Below the pieces are notes generated by a model. That model was not told where the DNA came from and searched no databases. It was given only the letters and a program-made list of their open reading frames with translations. From Amphiscolops sp. MND2022 (taxonomy: Eukaryota), in assembly GCA_964187785.1 (NCBI GenBank), contig OZ076411.1, positions 42,098,001 through 42,162,000 of the forward strand: a DNA stretch of 64,000 nt. The letters are read 5' to 3'. The position numbers and the translations under genes are program-made. Of this stretch, positions 51,201 through 62,139 are shown piece after piece (the first letter of the stretch is position 1; the number at the start of each line of letters is the position of its first letter).

Positions 51201-54200
51201 ATCTTTACAAATACATATCGCATGGAACTAAATTTATGTCAGTTGAATTCTGTGAATGTACTTCTTCATATTACGTAAACAATAATTCTTGGCAAATTTT
51301 GTAAAAAAAAACCCGTTTGATTTAAATATTTTCCTTTCCCATATGAAATATGGGCGGAAAATAATAATTCTTATATCATGATTTCAGGTCATGACAAATA
51401 GGTTGGACGATTTACCCACGAGCAATAAAGTTTGAAATAATCCTAACGTAAATAACAAACTCTACAGTTTCATTCACTCACCTTCGGTTTGGATATTCCA
51501 AATAGATGCTCGTGCCAAATTTTGGGTTGGCAAGCTTTGCCTCCTTTAGTGTTGGACACTGGGATGGCAGTGTTGGTGAGGCTTAAACACTTGTTGACCA
51601 GAACAGCAACGCCCACAACTTCATTCGTGTTGGATTGCGAGTTGAAAGATACACAAGTAGAAATGGAGACGGCAATCACTGATGGAGCAGGCAGCGTCTT
51701 CTCCACGACCTTCAAACAAGATAATCCATAATTATTTCAAACAGGCATTTCGAAACTACAAACCATGTGGCAAAAATTTACTCAAAATTTTGACAAGAAT
51801 TTTTCGGCAATGAACTATGCTAGTTTGGCGAGAAATCAGATCGTTTTGGTTTTAGTCTGTACTTTCTGGAAGAAAAAAAAGACTAGTTGTAACTTTTTAA
51901 AGAAGATTGGGTGAATTTATGTATCCGTGGAATTTGGTAACTCGTTGCAGTTCATGTACGGATGTAATCTCACTTCCTCTAATACACGTTTATGCAACAA
52001 ACAAATAAATAATAATAAAATCTTCTTCATGCCCAGTAGCACTTAAAGTAATTTCAGTTGATGAAAATATTGGACTTTAATACTGAATACTGACTTTGAT
52101 TGAGTTCATGCCATCACAAACAAAGTTCATCTCACACCAACTGAGTGGACTCAAGTCTCTCGAACACTTCGCTTGCAACCAGCACGGTCCATATATTTTC
52201 TTATACAGAAGCAAGTTCTCCAACGCAGACGTTTTGGCTCCAAAAATTTTGCAGAAAGTGTCACCTTCGATTTGGCTGATTTCTGGAAACTTCGCCGAGT
52301 ATCGAACTTCCAAGTAATCACTTTCCACCGGAACATCCGATATCTCGAAGCAGTACTTCTTGTTCACCATACGAGATTTGAACTTTAAAATCTAAAACGG
52401 AATTTGAATTTCAGTCCGCCTTAACCATTTATCACTATTTCTCTACTATCAAAGAACAAAAATGTTGTGCAACAATTGAATTCGCGAAGTTGTTTTAATT
52501 GGAGTTGAATTCGTAGAATGTGGTGCAAAATTCATACGAGAAGACAAATTCGTTTTGAAGGAAACAATAGCCAAAACAAATTGACTTTGTTGTTGTCAAC
52601 AACGAATTAGAATTTTCGAGTTTTCGCGTATTTAACCTTCAGCTTTCCAGCCATTTTGTCGAACTCCATGTAGAGATCCTTCGGCGTCACGCTCTTGGAT
52701 GGATCGGACTTATGGAACTCACGAGGCAGCAAGAAAATGATCCTTTCTAGATTATTCACTTTCAAGCAACAACTGACAAGCTTGTTTGTTTTCGGGCAGA
52801 GGACTTTGCCGAACAAGAAAATTGAGTCAGGGCTCTTGAAGGTATCTTCATACGCATCGAGCCAATAGAAGTTGATGCACTGACTTCCTACTGCCTGCGA
52901 GGATGGTGACTCAGTGTCATCAAGGCACTCGCTGAAAACAGAAGCCCAGTTGATACCATCATCGAATGCTTCCTCCTTCTCTTCTTTATTCTTCGTTTGG
53001 ATTTCAGGCTGAACATCTACGTTGGGATCCTGCAAATCATCATCGTCATCGAAGTCAATAGATTCGATAATGGCCGAATCTCCGTTTTCTTCCTTCATCT
53101 CAACTGTTTCTTCCTCTTCCTGATCTGCCGTGCATTCAGGAGGGGTATAAAACTGGGTATGCGAAGGCATTTCTAAACAGTAAATAATTTTCACCATTAA
53201 GGTCTGTGTCATGTACTGAAACAAAATGCCTTAGAGGACAGATGAATTTGAAACTTAAAAATGAAAAACATTTCATTGTAAATTATACGTCCCACTCAAC
53301 AATAAACTGCAAATTATTATATGCTTTCTCCGAGCACATAAAATTTGACAGTATGAAATAATTTTTGGTCACGGATCTGTCGAACGTATAATGATTTCAA
53401 TGATCCAATTCACCTTGAGAGGAAGATTTCGCATGATGATCGCTCGAATCGGGCACCTCGGGTTTAGAGCTGACAGCAAATTTGTTGAGTCTGCTGTGAG
53501 ATTTCGGATTGATGAAGGCGGAAGTAGTCGGTTTGTTCAACAGAGAAGCACCATCTTTTCCCCAATTATTCTTCGACGTTTCCAAAAGTCTCAAACTAGA
53601 AGAGGACTTGCTTGAAGGTTTCTCAGGTACGCTGCCTGAAATTGAATAATACAGCCCTGATTTCAAACAAGACAAGAACGTCTAAAGTCGGCGCCATATC
53701 CAAGGCTCAAAAAGCGCAAAGTTTTTAAAATTGTAGAAGGGGGGACTCTTTGGGCTTTTTTAAAATCTTTTTAAAAAATTTGTTGCAAAATATCAAAAAA
53801 AATGAAGGAGCGACCCTTCGGAGACATTGAAAAATTTCGGAAATTTTTTTTAACATTTTCCAAAAAAAACGAAAAATGAGAATTTTCAACAGTCTCATAG
53901 TGCCGAAAAATGTAAAAGGGGGCCCTTTAAGCTTTTTCAACATCCATTCAGGTGCAAAACACCAAAAAAAATAGAAGGGGGACCCTTTGAAGACTTTAAA
54001 AAAAATTCGAAAAAAGTCTCAAAGCTGAAAAAAGGGCGGGGAAAGTCTCATAGCGCCGGAAAATTGGAAGGGGGGACCCTTCTGGTACTGAGTACTTTTG
54101 GTAATCTTTGGTAAACTTTTGGTAAGTGAATCTTTCACAAAAAGTGGTACATACGCGATGAGTGAAAAGTCTGACGAAAAAAACTAGCCACTGTAATAGT

Positions 54201-57200
54201 CGGGCTCTTTTCACTAGAAAAGCGCCGACTAAAAACACTAAGTTTCATATAAAAATATCACGTTAATAATAAATAAGGGAGAGAAAATGTTTTCATTGGC
54301 TATGAAAAAAAATTCGATCGATTTTTCAAGTGTCACTTTATGAAATATATAATCCCTCTGTAATTGTGACATTTTTCAGATCCCACAAATTGACCAATCA
54401 ATCCTTATTCTAAGTTTTTTGAGCCGAAAAGCACTTAAACTCTCTTGTAATAAGCTCCTACTTTTGTGAACAAACTTTTAAGCTTTTGCCTTGAAATCCA
54501 GAAGTTCCAGTTCGAAAACTTTTGACGATTTCTAAAAGCAACTTTTGAAAATACCATAAATTTTTGTTTCTTCAATTGAAACAAGACGGGAACGTCTAAA
54601 GTCGGCGCTATATCTAAGGCTCAAAATGCGCAAAAGACTTCTTTTTGAAAAAAAACTTGAAATTTTTGAATTTTTTTCTTTCAGAAAATGTCGCATAGTG
54701 CCGAAAAATGTAAAAGGGGGGACCCTTTGGGCTTTATTACCATATATTCTGTTGCAAAATATCAAAAAACTCGAAAGGGGGACTCTTTTGAGACATTAAA
54801 AAATTTTCGAAAAAAGTCGCACAATGCCGAAAAAAAATCGAAAGGGGTGACCCTTTAGTCTCGTCCGGTTTTGTAGGTTACGTTAAAAAAGTAAAAAATG
54901 AAAGGGGGACCCTTTTGCACTAATTTCCGCTGACCGGACTTGGCCTTATGGTAGTAGTTTTAGTAGTTTCGATTAAGAAAAGTGGCCCAATCAGAGTGAG
55001 ATTGTAGTCTGACGAAAAAAAAAGAAACAAGACGGGAACGTCCCAAGTCGGCGCCATATCTTAGGCTCAAAAATATTCAAGGAACAACTATTGGAAACAT
55101 TTGGAAAAATTATTTTTTTCAAAAAAAAAATTTGAAATTTTTTTTTCGAAAAAAAGTATTTTTTTTAGAAAGTCGCACAATGCCGAAAAACTCAAAAAGA
55201 GGCCATTCAGGCTCATTAAACGTTTTTACAAACCGAAAACTTCAAAAAAAATGCAATTGATAGATTCCGAAAATTTTCGAAAAAAAAGTCGCATAGTGCC
55301 GAAAAAAACGAAAATAATCAAACGAAACGAAACAAAGCTTTGGTCTCGCATCTACTTTTGGAAGCATAAAAAATTTGTGGTTTAGTGCGAGAATCGAACC
55401 CACGATCCCCTGCTTCTCAGAAAGTTAGTTGAACAAATGTGAACAAATGTGAACAAAGATTGTAAGAAAAGTGGACCACTCAGAGTGAGATTGTCAACTG
55501 AAAAAAACAAAAAAAAAACTACTCACTGTAAGAGTCGGGCTTTTTTCCTTAAGGGAAAAGGCGCCGACTAAAAACAAGACGGGAACGTCTAAAGTCGGCG
55601 CTATATCTAAGGCTCAAAAAAGCACAATTTTTTAAATTTGTTAAAGGGGGGACCCTTTCAACTTTTTCAAAATCCAGTCTGTTGCAAAATATCAAAAAAG
55701 TTGAGGGGGGACCCTTTGGAGACATTTAAAAACTATAAAAAAATTTTTGGAAAAATTTTCGAAAAAAAAACGAAAAATGAGATTTTTGAAACAGTCTCAT
55801 AGTGCCGAAAAACTAGAAAGGGGGACGCTTTGGGCTTTTTGAAACTTCAGTTTGCTGCAAAATATCCAAAAACTTGAAGGGGGACCTTTTGGCGACTAAA
55901 AAAATCGACAAAAAGTCGCACAGTGCCGAAAAAAAATTGAAAGAGTCGCACAGTGCCGAAAAAAATTGCTCGAAAAAGTTTCTGGCTAAAGCAAGGACTC
56001 GAACCCGTGACTGCTGGATTCGCCGTAAACCGAGTACTGACGAGTACATGTGAGCGAGAGTGAAGTCTGTAAAAAGTGGTACATACGCGATGAGGTCTGT
56101 GGTCTGACGAAAAAAAAGAAACAAGACGGGAACGTCTAAAGTCGGCGCTATATCTAAGACTCAAAAAGCGCAGAGTTTTCTAAATATTCCCAGGATGTAT
56201 TCATGAAAAGCTTTGAAAACACTTTCGAGACACCCAAAGTGTGCCTTTCATGCTCGATATGACTGGAAAATCACTTTTCCCGACTGGAAACAAAAAATTG
56301 AAAATTTCTTCGGAAATTTTTTTTTGAAAAAAATTTTTCAAAAAAAACTTCGAAAACGTCGCATAGTGCCGAAAAATGAAAAGGGGGGACCCTCTGGGAT
56401 TCATGATCTTACTTTCTGTTGCAAAATATCAAAAAATCCGAAGGGGGGACTCTTTTGAGACATTAAAAATTTTCGAAAAAAAATTCGCACAGTGCCGAAA
56501 AAAAATTGAAAGGGGGGACCCTTTGGAGCCTTCCGGTTTTGTAGGTTACGTAAAAAACGTAAAAAACGAAAGGGGGACCCTTTGCAGTAAGTTTGCATAG
56601 GTCGAACTCGGCCTGAGTGAACTTATCAGTTTCTGTAAAAAGAGTGGTACATACGCGATGAGCTCTGTGAAAAAAAAAACTAGCCACTGTAATAGTCGGG
56701 CTTTTTTCCTTAAAGGAAAATGCGCCGACTAAAAACTAGCCACTGTGAAAGTCGGGCACTTTTCCCTAGAAAAGCGCCGACTAAAAACTAGCCACTGTAA
56801 TAGTCGGGCACTTTTCACTAGAAAAGCGCCTACTAAAAATCTCGATACCCATATATTAACCAAAAATTTCCTCGGTTACGTTTGTAAATTCAAATAGACA
56901 AGCCCGAAGAGACTTGATTTTTTGAAATTACATTCGATAAATCACTTCTCAACAACAAGCTAAAGAACCGTCATGAATGTTCAAAGTTGGTTTCATTGTC
57001 ATTGTGCGTTGAGCATCAAATTTGAGCTATTCCAAGCATGTTCAACAATATGGTGTAATGTAATGATGTGCATTACAGTTTTAAAACATTTGTACCTTTG
57101 TGGAACGCGTTGCCTGAAAAACTGAAATTGGGAAATCAGACGCATGAAAATGTAAAGAAGAGGTTGAAAACGTTTTTTAATGAAAAATTTGTTAATGACA

Positions 57201-58237
57201 TCGATAGACCTCAGTATAGTCAGAAATGTTGGAGTGAATATCGTTTCAAGTAGTCAAATTTTAATGCTCAATATTTGTTTTTTTTATACAATCTTTTGTA
57301 TTGTCCATTTTTTAATAATACGGTTTTACACTGCCCTCCATATATTTGTTTACATTTTAGATATTTTATATGAAGGATTACAGTGTTTTCTTTTTTTTTA
57401 CATCGAATTCAAATGCAATTATCTATATCTAAAATATAGACTTTCGTAATTTTGATCGCACAATCTAAATATTTATGTAAAGTACAGAAACTTCCAAGAA
57501 ACTTTCCTATCTGCCGATTTTTGTATTTGGCCCCTTTTCAAAAAATTTGGATTTTAACTTCATTTTTAGCAATGGAGTCGCATTATTTCGGGACGCATAT
57601 GTAGTCAAGAATGCGATAGTAAAAACACGAGTTCAATTCTATAGGAAGGCGGAAAATGAACATTGAACTTACGGAAGACTTGTGAACACTTACTAGAGGC
57701 CGGCGTGAGTTCTTTGAGGATATCACCCAAAATGTCATCTTCCTCAATCTTGACTTTCGCCTCTTTAACCTTCGTGTTGTTTCCCATGGAACGAAACACG
57801 TCATCAATACACTTCATTTTCTTCTTGGTAGTGCCACCTTCTTGATCGCCTTTCTCACCGTCGGCTTTTCGTTTTTTGATTGGCTTTCTATCACCTGGTC
57901 TTCTTTCGTCATCAGAATTGTAATCATAATCTTCGTCGAATATTTCTCGTCCATCGTCATCATAGCCACTTCCGATTACAAAATTAGTTTCGATTCGAGA
58001 CTGGACCCGGCTTGAATACTCTTCCTCGGTAACTTCTTCATAGATATTGTCAATTTCGCCCACTTCGAATGCATGTTTCTTGCCTTCAGCTTTGCACTTC
58101 TTTAGGAGCTCCAAGGCTGACAGACGGGAGTTTTTGTCATTCTTGTTGCTTCTCCTGCTTCTTCTGCTGGCCAGGGTATCTTCCTCTTCTTCAGCTTCAT
58201 TCTCGCCTACTTCTTCAACTGGATCTGCATCCGCCAT
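45213..58237 (-). CDS. POLA1: DNA polymerase alpha catalytic subunit, 11 exons: 58237-57694, 53635-53414, 53172-52637, 52391-52095, 51709-51482, 50088-49731, 49340-48960, 48350-48007, 47860-47185, 46240-46013, 45853-45213 (1484 aa)
   Basis: PolB motifs [30 protein letters not shown] and YGDTDS; also [33 protein letters not shown] and two C-terminal Cys4 modules. All intron phases are compatible; the total of 4455 nt is divisible by 3. Confidence 0.97.
46293..47056 (+). mobile_element. HINE-A copy in POLA1 intron 9, with an unrelated TATCCGAA-repeat insert (~46750-46945)
   Basis: Runs from TTTTTAGTCGGCGC to GACTTTAGACGTTCCCGTCTTGTT. Confidence 0.8.
50269..51396. mobile_element. TGT..ACA TIR element with a 5-bp TSD in POLA1 intron 5
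   Basis: Perfect 25-bp TIRs TGTCATGACCTGAAATCATGATATA (50269-50293, 51372-51396); AATAG on both flanks. Confidence 0.9.
50412..51364 (-). mobile_element. HINE-B: second Helentron-like family, nested in the TIR element
   Basis: Inverted pair ATTTTCCGCCC (50439-50449) / GGGCGGAAAAT (51352-51362); 5' hairpin CCCATAT-gaa-ATATGGG; 3' hairpin CCCGC..GCGGG then CGTCTTGTT; four ~180-bp internal units. Related ends at ~1700-1738 and ~35328-35370. Confidence 0.72.
53665..54235 (-). mobile_element. HINE-A copy abutting the POLA1 exon 2 acceptor; closest relative of the 7698-8846 outer copy
   Basis: Shares private variants with the 8.3-8.8-kb body, including the GTTCTTGTCT hairpin and the GGGCGGGGAAAG unit. 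Confidence 0.85.
54579..56838 (-). mobile_element. Array of four nested/tandem HINE-A copies in POLA1 intron 1
   Basis: 3' ends at ~54579, ~55025, ~55572 and ~56119; one 5' module at ~55520-55575 and three stacked modules at ~56672-56838. Confidence 0.85.
57050..57260 (+). mobile_element. 3' fragment of a CR1/L2-clade LINE ORF2
   Basis: [28 protein letters not shown] matches the SF..WNxLP..FKxxL C-terminal signature. Confidence 0.7.
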
Positions 58238-59649
58238 ACCCACTGAAAGAAACATAACATGAACTCCGAACAACAGTGGCGAATGAGTGTCCGGTCCCAA
58301 GCCAATAAGTAAGGGCCTCGATTAACGGCAACCGATGCTAAATTACGAATAATTTCTATCTTTTCAATACCCTCAAGATATGAAGAAATTTGTCGCAATA
58401 AAGAACGAGACGGCAGCGGACAAAGCATCCGATTTTGAAACGAGAGAATTAGCGAATTGATATCCCGCATTGAACAGCAATGTCTCAAGTCGGCTAAATT
58501 CGCAAACACCTGTTGTTGATAAAATCAAAGTTCTGGTCTCCGAAAAAACACACAAAGTTCCGGAACGAAATAACGCCAATAGGAAATTACGATAATGCAG
58601 TAGCTATGATTGCATACCTCGTGCCCTAAATCCAGGAGGGAAGCGAAATGCCATTACTATCACTATTATTATACCAACTATTTCTTTTTTACAGCTGGTT
58701 CAGCAATTAACAATTCTAGCGCTCGAAATATCGATGCTCCTGATTTCCAGAGAGCATTCACAAAACAAGCTCAATTGAATTTCCAGAAATCCAAAGCGCG
58801 CCCGCTAGACAATTGAATAGATAGTAAGTTTTTGCAACACCTAACTAGCGGTTTAGTAAACAGGCTATGTTGAAATTCTGCGAAAAAATTTAATACTTCA
58901 TAAGCTCAAAAACATGATGCTCACTGAACAAGAGGCCGAATTATTTAATGCCCTGAGAAATTCTTAGCACCATTTTCAGGGATCGGACGTAGCCAAGACA
59001 TGAGACTTTCATTAGAAATTGGGTGATCGAATACTGCCAACGAAATTTATCTCACCTACTGCTGAGAGAGATTAAACGATATTTTGTTCGCGAATAGAAA
59101 ATTGATCTGACCGCGCAGCTTACGCAGAAATGTGTTTAAAATCCAGATTTGATTATAAAAACGTATGTTCATTGGCAAATTTTGTCGTTGAATTATGTGG
59201 ATATTAATACCCACGAAAACGTTATATAAAAATGCATAATACTTAAAAATTCAAAACTTTTCGCTTTTTTGGTCACTTTCTTCAAAAAAGTTCAAAATAC
59301 GTATGCTACGAACCTAATTTTACATCCCAAGTTGATTTTTGAGAAACAACCTCTGTGAATTTGAAACATATCAGGATTCGGGAAAAGCAAGACGTGTTTC
59401 CCCCAATAACTTTCGATGGTAGCTGTTCAAGCAATGTTCAAACCATGATCGACTTATGAAGATCAAAATTTTGAGGTTTTCGTAGCGTTTTGAGCTATTG
59501 ACCACCTTAACACAGGGGCGAAGCCGTGCTGCGCAAACACTTGCGAAGAAAGTAGCGAACTTTTGAAACGGAATCCAATTAAGCCTTATCATACGGAGAA
59601 CAAAGGGTTAAGGAGCCGGCCAATTTTCCTAATAATTTCCAAAAAGACA

Positions 59650-61110
59650 CTATTGTTAAAATTTTATCAATTTTACAGCGCCAAAGAATACCCGAAAGGA
59701 CAACCTTAAGACTCGAAAACCACTTTTTCTCCAACTGGAAACAGCAAAAAACCCATCTTTCTCAACCGAAAACCTTTCAAAAAACAAAAATTGACGGGAA
59801 AAAATTCGAAGTTTTTCAAATAATGTCTCCGGTAAGTCGCACAGTGCCGAAAACCCTAAGAAGTTCTTCACGCTCACAAAACGTTCCGTTTCTAGTAAAA
59901 TTTGAGGGGGCTCTAAAACTGAAAGTATATGTCTCCAAAACTGAGAAAAAAGGGTTTTTCTCGCAAAAAATGGTTATAATTTTCCAAAAGTCCGTTTTTA
60001 TCGAAATCGTTTTGTCAAGTCCTTGACCCATTGAAAAAAGCACCCCCATACCCTTCAACAACAAGTCCTTGTGCAACAAACCCCAATAATATTCTGTTGT
60101 TACTACAAGCCTCAAAATTCAAAATGAAGCGCACGGCGACAGGGGCTCCCCTAGCCAAAACAAGCCGGGATCGGCCCAAGTCGGCGCCCCGCTCTCAAGT
60201 TTCTTGAATATGTAAAAACTCTAATTAAAAGTTGTCTTTCAATTTCTCTGTCAATTTGTCAAAAACACCCCAAGGAATACGCATAAGGCTCGAATACCGC
60301 GTTTTCCGTAACTCGAAACATTAAAAAAATTCATTTTTTTCTTGAAAAGTTTGGTTAAGTTGAAAAAGAATATGGTCTGTCAATACCGAAAACACCCAAA
60401 GGAGGTCCTTTTGGTTCAAATGATTTTGTATCAAATCTAAATGTCCTGAAAATTGAAAAGGGAACCATTTTATAACATTGAAAAACTCTCTGGTATGCAG
60501 AGTTGCAGAGACATTAAAATTTATCACTTTTAATCAGATTTTTCAAAAAATTGCGAAAACGGCCTAGTCAATTAGGGTTAGGATAATTTATTAACTGAAG
60601 ATGGCTAGGTGAGAACTTCAGCAACCTGAAAATGCCATCAAGGACGGTCATGTGATGTGGATTCTAGAGAACAACTCGCCCAGAGGACTGTGGCCTTTGA
60701 GACTGGTGACAGAAGTTCATCTGGAGACTAGTTCATCATCAGGACACTATTGTTGAAATTTCATCAATTTTACAGAGCCAAAAATACCCGAAGAGATATT
60801 CATAGGACTCGAAAACCGCTTTTTCAGCAACTGGAAACAACAAAAAAAAACCATCTTTATCAACCGAAAATCTTTCAAAAAACGAAAAAAAAATAAGGGA
60901 AAAACTTTCTAAAGTTTTTTCGAAAATTTTTTAGATGAAGATCTGCGGTAAGTCGCATAGTGCCGAAAACCGTAAGGAGTCCTTCACGCTCACAAAACTT
61001 TCCGTTTCTAGTAAAATTTGAGGGGGGCTTCGAAGAAAACAAATTAGAAAAAAGTAGCATAGAAAAAATGGCGGTCTTTAAAAAAAAAATTCGGCTGGGC
61101 CTGAGAAAGC
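59650..61110 (-). mobile_element. Degenerate HINE-A-related bodies (~59650-60200, ~60760-61110)
   Basis: Shared GACTCGAAAACC..AACTGGAAAC and AGTCGCA(C/T)AGTGCCGAAAA blocks; a 3' end CAAGCCGGGATCGGCCCAAGTCGGCGC at ~60161. Confidence 0.6.
60613..60730 (+). mobile_element. Bel/Pao LTR retrotransposon relic (post-integrase C-terminal domain)
   Basis: IKDGHVMWILENNSPRGLWPLRLVTEVH resembles the GDxVxIxEDNxPRxxWPLGRVxEV motif. Confidence 0.6.
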
Positions 61111-62139
61111 CTAATTTTAAGACAAAAAGTATTCACTGAAGCGAGAGTTGTTGCGCGGAAAAGCACCTGCACTTTCCCTTAACACTTGCTTATCGCAAGT
61201 GTAAAAATGAATGTAGGATCATAAAATCGTTTCAGTATTATTAGGATCATCAGCACACTTCTAGTGAAAGTAGCTTTCAGGTCATCTTTGGAAAATTTCC
61301 ACAACACTATTGAAACGCTATATGATCTTTTTATTCCGCTTTTTAGTTGTATTTTTACTTCAAGAGCTGAACCAAATTCCATCAAAAATCAATTCAATCT
61401 AATTGTTCGAATTGCACTTTCTAATGACAGTTTTCCAAACATAAATATACACTAGGGTACCAAAAAGCTGAAGACATTCGATATCGCTCTTTAAAAATTT
61501 CAAATGGCGATTAATTTTTACACAAAATTCTCAAAAGCCAAAAATTTCTCGACTTTCGATCAGAATTACGAGAATTTTTTGTTTTGAAATCAATCAAAAA
61601 TTACTGTTTTAAGTTAGCTTCATTTTGAATCTTTATCGTCTGAAATTTATCATGTAAGATCTCAAAAACCTTAGATCTAATTTTTTTCTGAAAACGCCTT
61701 CCTTATGAACGTACACCGCAAAATGATCACAAAATACGAATTTTGTAGATTATTGTTTCGACAGAATTTCAACCCTTTGTGTCTGTTCATTTTTAAGGAA
61801 GCTTTTTCAGAAATGTTGAATGTGACAGAACGGCTACAAAACTGATCAAGGAAGACTTTTCTTCTCACCTGTAAAAATTGATATTGCGTAATAAAGTTCG
61901 AAAGAAAAGATTATCAAAATCTGAAAAACGTTTACTTCGGGAGTTTTTTGTCAGGAGCAATGTATGTGGTTAAAAATGCGCTTTTAAAGTTATCGCCTGT
62001 CATTAGCTTTTTGCTGCCATAAAGTAGATAAAATTCCATGAAAAAAGAACGTGAAAATAAAAGTTCATCAAATAATAGCTATGAATAGCCATCTACAACA
62101 ATCAACAGCCTTTAACAAGCAACAGGCCATTATGTAGAA

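Noticed and set aside
50864-51304. 146-aa and 102-aa ORFs with an internal repeat
   Set aside because: They lie in the ~180-bp HINE-B tandem units inside a POLA1 intron.
55600-56600. Regularly spaced short repeats resembling a CRISPR array
   Set aside because: The spacers are mutually homologous, the context is a eukaryotic intron, and there are no cas genes; these are degenerate satellite units.
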